The notes below the pieces were generated by a model, which had not been told where the DNA came from, did no database searches, and saw nothing but the letters and a program-made list of their open reading frames with translations. This document shows, piece by piece, positions 53,521-64,000 of a stretch of 64,000 nucleotides of DNA. Source of the DNA: the human T2T-CHM13v2.0 reference genome, Homo sapiens; the NCBI RefSeq assembly GCF_009914755.1, contig NC_060947.1; one strand, written 5' to 3'. Position 1 is the stretch's first letter. Every line of letters starts with the position of its first letter. A program made the position numbers and the translations under genes.

Positions 53521-54979
53521 TAGATGGTAATGCAGACAAGAAAATCAAAGGTGATTATATACTATTATCTGTACCACAAAAAGAGATGCACCTGGCTCTA
53601 AAAAGTAGGAATCCAGGGGAACAGTGCCTAAGTAATTCAGCCTGGGGCTAGAGGGCAGGATAAGAAAATATATCCAAGGAAAGCGGACCGTTAAACCAAG
53701 TCCTAAAGGACAAAGAGAAGTTAATCACTGAATCCACTTTCTGTCTCTATGACATTAAAGAATTATATTTGCATATTCTAGTATGTCATGAAATTAGCAT
53801 ATTCATTTTATGTATACATTGGAGCTTTCCTGAATCACTTACTCTACATTTGATCCAGAAGGATTTCTACTTGACATTTTATGTTACATACAAAATATTT
53901 TATGTTAATACAAAAGCACTCATGTGCCAGTTTGAATAGGATATCTACAAACTTGTTTTTGAGCACATGCTACCAAAATAATTTTATCTGATCCTATGCA
54001 TGTTTTCCTCTTTCATCTATTCTAAATAGTGGTTTTCAGGTTACCATTCAAAATACATATCTGAAAAAGTAAACCTCCAGTTATATAAATAGTATGTGCA
54101 TGGAGATTCATTTTTCTTTCTGTTGCTTATAGTTCACTGAGAGAGTCATTTCTGACTCTTGAGCTCTTTCTGAAGCTGTGAGGTGCACTTGTCTCTGGAG
54201 CAGAACTGAGTGCCCACCTCTGTGAATTGATTCCAGGTCCTATCATACCCTGCATGGTTCCTAAGCACAACATTCTGTCTCTCCCAAAGGAGAGGAGCTG
54301 GGAAAATCTGTGTGTGGCTCTAGCTGGCTCTAGAAGATTAATGGCTGAGGAGTGAAGAGGACAAATGCAGGCAGGGGTACTGCTGTGGAGCAGAATCACC
54401 AGGAGGCCTGGACAATGAGGAAATGGAGAGGTAATTGGATCTCAGGTGATAACAACAGAATGGACAGGTTTGGGGCAGAGTTGAGGAGAAAATGAGAGCA
54501 CTACTGGGTTGGAAACACATTGAATACTGGAAGGCAAAGATGGTCAAGGCTTTAAAGTAGGTGACTGAACAAATAGTGTAATAATTTGTGTAAAAAATGT
54601 GGAGGATGGCTTGGCTTCTTTTGGGAGTTAGGTGGGGTTCTGTTGGATTCGAGGAGTAGTGGGGTATGGAAAACACAAATTCGGAGGTCAGTGATGCCAC
54701 ATTTAGAGAGATCACTGAGGGGGTAAGGCAGATGGGAAGGAGAGCAAAGTAAGGGGCAAGAGACTAGACAGGGAGCAACCACACAGAAGAACTAATGTGC
54801 TTGGAGGTTCTCAGGTCTTGGAAGAGGCTGTGAAGCCCAGATTAAGGTATTGAATGAGACAGTCAGGACAGAAAGAGACCTGGAATGGGGATAGATTGGG
54901 AACCACACGTCCGTGATTCACATTAAACAATGGAGAATATGTCCCAAGAGTGCCTTGCTCCAGGAGAGGAAATACGATG

Positions 54980-55170
54980 CCATGGTTAAGATCCCAGCCT
55001 CTGCCACCATTTAACCTGTTTTGGAATTCTGTCTCTGTGACTTCCGGGCCGTGTGACCTTGGACAAATCACATCGTTTTCCTGTGCCTCAGTTTCCTTCT
55101 TTCTAAAACAGCAATAGCAACAGTGCCTTGTGTGTCATTGTGAGGATTAAGCGAGTTAATATATGTAGTA
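54980..55170 (+). mobile_element. MIR
   Basis: 'gtgtgaccttggacaaatcac...ctgtgcctcagtttcctt...ttgtgaggattaagcgagttaatatatgta'. Confidence 0.85.
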
Positions 55171-58100
55171 TATGGGAGAGGCGGAAGAAGGGAAATGGTC
55201 TTTCCGAGCTGGAGATCTTGAAGCTTGGAAAGCTTTGATTACTAATGGTGGTGGCAGGGACAGGTATCAGGGGTGAGGTGAAAATGGAGGCCCAGGAAGT
55301 GCTGGAGATTGAGGAACTGGCAGATTAGTCTGTTAGGAATAACCTCAACATAAATGTTAAAGGAGAGCAAGCATAAAAAAAAGCAGAAGGAAGACTAAGT
55401 TTTTCTTGACAACATTTGAAATTTTAATATTAGCAGATATTACTGATCAACCAGCCTCTATGGTTGGCAGTTTATGTTCCTTTACCTCATTTTCTGCTCA
55501 TGACAACTCTGCAAAGTCAATGTTTTCTGCCTTTTCAGAAAAAAGAAATTGAGACTGAAGTGGTTTATGTACAATGCCAAAGCTCCCACACGTAGTGCAT
55601 GGAAAAGGAGCCCTCAGAACCTGGGCTTTTCGAACTACAGCTATGTCATTGGAGGAAAGAGAACAGCTCAGCTCTCCAAATTGCAGTAACTGTTGAGCTA
55701 AGGTGATGACGTCAAGGGGAAGGTAAGGAAGAATGCAGAAAAGATGAGTTTGCAAGACTGAAAGCTATTCAACATTGTAATCTGTATTTGCAAATCTAAA
55801 AGAGAACCAGTCGGTTTGTATCAGTTCTTTTGGGTTCATTGCAGTTACCCTCTGAACTGAGGAAGCTCTTTTCTTTTCTTTCTTTCTTCTTTCTTTCTTT
55901 TTTTTTTTCCGTTGGAGAATAGCATTATCATTCAGATTGGTTTGAGTGTCTGACAATGTTTTATGTAGTCTTCTTATTTCCAAGCCTGAAAAGTTATTCC
56001 CCATGTAATAGTTCCATATTCCTTTTGGAATGTGTAGCATGATATCCCTCCCTCCCTCCTAGCAGCTTGTCTTCTATGATATATGCCATTTCATCCCTTT
56101 AGCAATTGGAAAATGTATTTCTAGAAGCCAGTCTCTTGGCAATTGGTGCATTATCCATTAAAGAGAATATCCATGCATTCACTAAGAATTGCAGGTTTAA
56201 AGTGTTTGGTAATAATCGCTGGTTGTTTGTCAAGCAGAATTTTTGTCTGAACATGAAAATACAACATGAATATGATTTGCAACCATTCCACAGGGTTCCT
56301 AATTTCCTCCAGCAACACAGAGTTATTTTTCTTCATGCTTAAAATCCACTACAGGTGCTTAGTGCATTTGGTCTCCTTTGGAGGTACATGTTCTAAGTTT
56401 GACACAGGAAAAAGCTGAAAATGTTCTAACCAAGTAATCCCCCCATTCCACAATCTTTTAACTCTGATTTATTCCAAAGCTGAAAGTATTCATCACTAGT
56501 TGAGCTAAAATAAACTAACTCTTATGACATATAATTAAATTACTGGCAGAAAGAAAATCTAAAATTCCTCCACAGTACTTCACATAAACATCAGCAGCAT
56601 AATTGAGTTGAGGTAAAATATTTTGTTGAAAGGCCAAAAAATGTCACCTGAAGGAATTTGTTTCCCTAATCTCTGACGTTGTTTAATTTTCTTCATAATT
56701 ACCAAAAAATTCACTTTCATGTAAAATCCTCTTTTCTTTTAGCTATTCTTTACCTCACTTCTCTTTCTATGTCTTTACCAGAAACTGGGAATAAAAACAT
56801 TAGAAAAATGTTTACACTTTTAGCTAACTGATAGTCTCTCCAGATCTGGCTAAAAGAAATTATGCATATACTCAGTATTCACAATTTCTAAGTTTAAATT
56901 CTAGAAAGGGGGAGTGTTACATTTCCGTTTTGTCCATCTGGGTTTTCTTTTCAGTTGACCCAAGAACAGACTCGATTATCCTCAAGACTTTGTAACCAGG
57001 GCATGTTAATTTGGGGAGAATAGTGATTTCTCGTTTCCTAATTAAATAGCCCTAGGGAGAGGGCCAAAAATTGCCTATTAGAAGCAGCTGTGGAGTAAGG
57101 CACTCATGGAGAAGAATGAAAGGGGCAAGTGAATATAGCACCTTCAACTGAAATATCCAGGTGCACTCGCATTGGGACTGATCAGGGAAACAACTACCCA
57201 CAGAGAACGAAGAAAAAGCAGGGTAGGGTGACAGCCCTCCCAGGACTGACACGGAGCCAAGGGAAACCCCACCCCCAGCCAAGGGAAGCAGTGAGTGATT
57301 GTGCAACCCTGGGAAACCACCACTTCTCCCACGGATGTTTGCAACCCGTGGATCAGGAGATCCCCTCATGATCCCCTGCCACTAAGGCCTTGGGTCCAAC
57401 ACAAAGAGCTGTATGGAGTCTCAGCAGGGCAATTGCTCAGGAATGCACAGAGATCAAGGAACTTTACATAGTCTGGGCCCAGGATCCCCAACAAACATGT
57501 CTGCAACTCAGGCAAGGCAAGAGGTCCATACACATCCCCAGGAAGGGGACTGAATCCAAGGAGCTGAGCAGCATCAGTCTGCAGACTCCACTTCCACTGC
57601 CCCTCTAAGACCCACTGGCTTGGAATTCCAGCCTGCCACTGGCAACAGGGTGAAGCCTGCCTGAGATGTGACAGTTCCCTCAGTGGGAGGGGCAGACCAC
57701 CATCTCTGCTGTTTGGTAGACTCAGCCATTCCAGCCTGTGGGTCTTGGAGAGTCTAAGCTGACAGAGGCAGAGGCAGTTCCCCAGCATGACATGGCTGTT
57801 TTGTCGAGCATAGCCAGACTGCTTCTTTCAGTGGGACCCTGGTCCACTCCTCCTCTGAGGTGGGTCCTCCCAGCCAGGGCCTCCGGCCATCCCTGCCCAT
57901 GTTCTAAAGCAGACAGAGTTCTCACTTCACCCTGGGACCGAGTGCCCAAGCAGTAGGGCAGGCTGCCACCTCAGCTGTTTGGGCGTCTCAGCCAGTCCAG
58001 CCTGTGGGCCTTGGAGAGCCAAAACTGATCAGGGGCTGAAGGGATCCCCAACACAGCACAGCTGCTCTACCAAAAAAGCAGCCAGACTGCTTCAAGTGGG

Positions 58101-58473
58101 TCCCTGATCCCATTCCTCTTGACTGGGTGAGACCTCCCAACGGGTCTCCAGTCACCTCCTACAAGTACATTTGGGCTGGCAACAGGTCAGAACCCCTGGG
58201 ATGGAGCTTCCAGAGGAAGGGGCTGGCTGCCATGTTTGCTGTTTTGCAGACTTCACTAGTGATACTTCCAAGTATGGGAAAAACCAAGGTATGGGAAAAA
58301 CCAAGGTGACTAGGGTCTGCAGTGGACCCCCAGCAAACCACAGCAGCCCTATGGAAGAGTGGCCAGACTGTTAAAAGAAAATCAAACAAGCAGGAAAACA
58401 ACAGCAACAACCCATAAAAACCCCATCCAAAGGTCAGCAACCTCAAAGATAAAAGGTAGATAAGCCCACAAAG

Positions 58474-59490
58474 ATGAGGAAGAATCAACCCCAAAACACT
58501 GAAACTTCAAAAAGTCAGAGTGCCCCTTTTCCTTCAAATGACCACAACACCTTTCCAGCAAGGGCTCAGAATCAGGCTGAGGCTGAGATGGCTGAAATGA
58601 CAGAAGTAGGCTTCAGAATGTGGATAAATCAAACTTCACTGACCTAAAGACGCATGCTGTAAGCCAATGCAAAGAAGCTAAGAATCATGATAAAACAGTG
58701 CAGGAGCTGAGAGCCAAATAGCCAGTTTAGAGAGGAGCATAACCAACATGATAGAGCTGAAAAACACACTACAAGAACTTCATAATGTACTCACAAGTAT
58801 TAATAGCAGAATAGACCAAGCAGAGGAAAGAATCTCAGAGCTTGAAGACTATCTTTCTGAAATAAGACAGTCAGACAAGAATAGAGAAAAAAAGAATGAA
58901 AAGGAATGAACAAAACCTCTGAGAAATATGGGATTATGTAAAGAGACCAAATCTATGACTGATTGGAGTACCTGAAAGAGACAGGGAGAATGGAACCAAT
59001 TTGGAAAACATACTTCAGGATATCATCTAGGAGAATTTCCCCAACCTAGCAAGATAGGCCAACATTCAAAGTCAGGAAATGCAAAGAACTCCAGTAAGAT
59101 ACTCCACAAGAAGATCAAGACACATAATCATCAGATTTTCCAGTGTCGAAATGGAAGAAAAAATGCTAAGGGCAGTCAGAAAGAAAGGCCAGGTCACCTA
59201 CAAAGGGAAGCCTATCAGACTTACAGCGAAACTCTCAGTGGAAACCCTACTAGCCAGAAGAGATTGGGGGCCAATATTCAACATTCTTAAAGGAAAGAAT
59301 TTCCAACCCAGAATTTCATATCTGGCCAAACTAAGCTTCATAAGTGAAGGAGAAATAAGATAAATGCTGAGGGAATCTGTTACCACCAGATCTGCCTTAC
59401 AAGAGATCCTGAAGGAAGCACTAAATATGAAAAGGAAAAACCTTTACCAGACACTACAAAAACACACTGAAGTACACAGACCAGTGACAC
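58474..59490 (+). pseudogene. L1 ORF1p remnant (frameshifts and stops)
   Basis: ATG AGG AAG AAT CAA start; ORF fragment 'RHIIIRFSSVEMEEKMLRAVRKKGQVTYKGKPIRLTA'. Confidence 0.85.
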
Positions 59491-59537
59491 TATGAAGCAA
59501 CCACATAAACAAGTCTGCAAAATAACCAGCTAGCATC

Positions 59538-63342
<3,805 letters not shown>

Positions 63343-64000
63343 ATGATGAGAACACATGGACACATGGTGGGGGGCAGAGAGGAACAACACAAACTAGGGC
63401 CTGTTGGAGGGTGGGAGGAGGAAGAGCATCAGAAAGAATAGCTGTTGGATGCTGGCTTAACACCTGGGTGATGGGATGATCTATGCAGCAAACCACCATG
63501 GCACATAGCTACCTATGTAACAAACCTGCACATCCTGTACATGTACCCCTGAACTTAAAATCAAAGTTGGAAATAAAAATAAATAAATAGCCCTGAGGAA
63601 CACACCACCCACCTGCCACCCCCCCATCCCCACACACACATATGCTACTCAATCACTCTGTACTTCAACCCATTCAGGAACTTGTTAGGATGACTTCAGC
63701 TTTGTTTTGCTTGGGAGTTTGTCCTTTCTGTCACTTCAAATTTCAAAATGATATGGTCATTTCAGAAGCCAAAATTGCAGTGCCCACACCACATGGAAAA
63801 TTTGTAGGCCAACACTTTCAGGATTCACCACAATATGAACAACAAGTCAACACAATGGTGGTTTACAAGGCAATAAATTTTTCCTTCAAGTTTTCGTGGT
63901 ACCATTTTCATATTAACTTCTAAGTTTGAAAAATTCTCTTAACCACCTCCTCCCTTTTCCTGTTGAACACCAATTTTTAAATTATCTGGTGGTTTAATAA

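Overview
Primate (very likely human) genomic DNA, AT-rich and CpG-poor, that looks intronic or intergenic. I found no supportable protein-coding gene, RNA gene, CpG island or CRISPR array, and I cannot place the window on a chromosome. A large fraction is interspersed repeat: L1 of several ages (including a full-length, inactivated ~6.5 kb L1PA11/12-like element with TSDs), Alu, L2, MIR, MaLR/ERVL LTRs and hAT-type MER elements. Repeat subfamily names come from recalled consensus motifs, not from a RepeatMasker run, and boundaries of old elements are approximate. The most notable structure is a 467-bp, indel-free inverted repeat (28777-29243 / 29743-30209, about 94% identical, with a 205-bp core carrying one mismatch) around a THE1 LTR. 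It is a candidate gene-converted, invertible segment or long-hairpin RNA locus. Second is a ~210-bp locally templated insertion with snap-back junction scars (38991-39259, donor 39872-40077). Smaller oddities include a probable short L1 3' transduction, 3'-truncated Alu and L1 copies and several micro-duplications.
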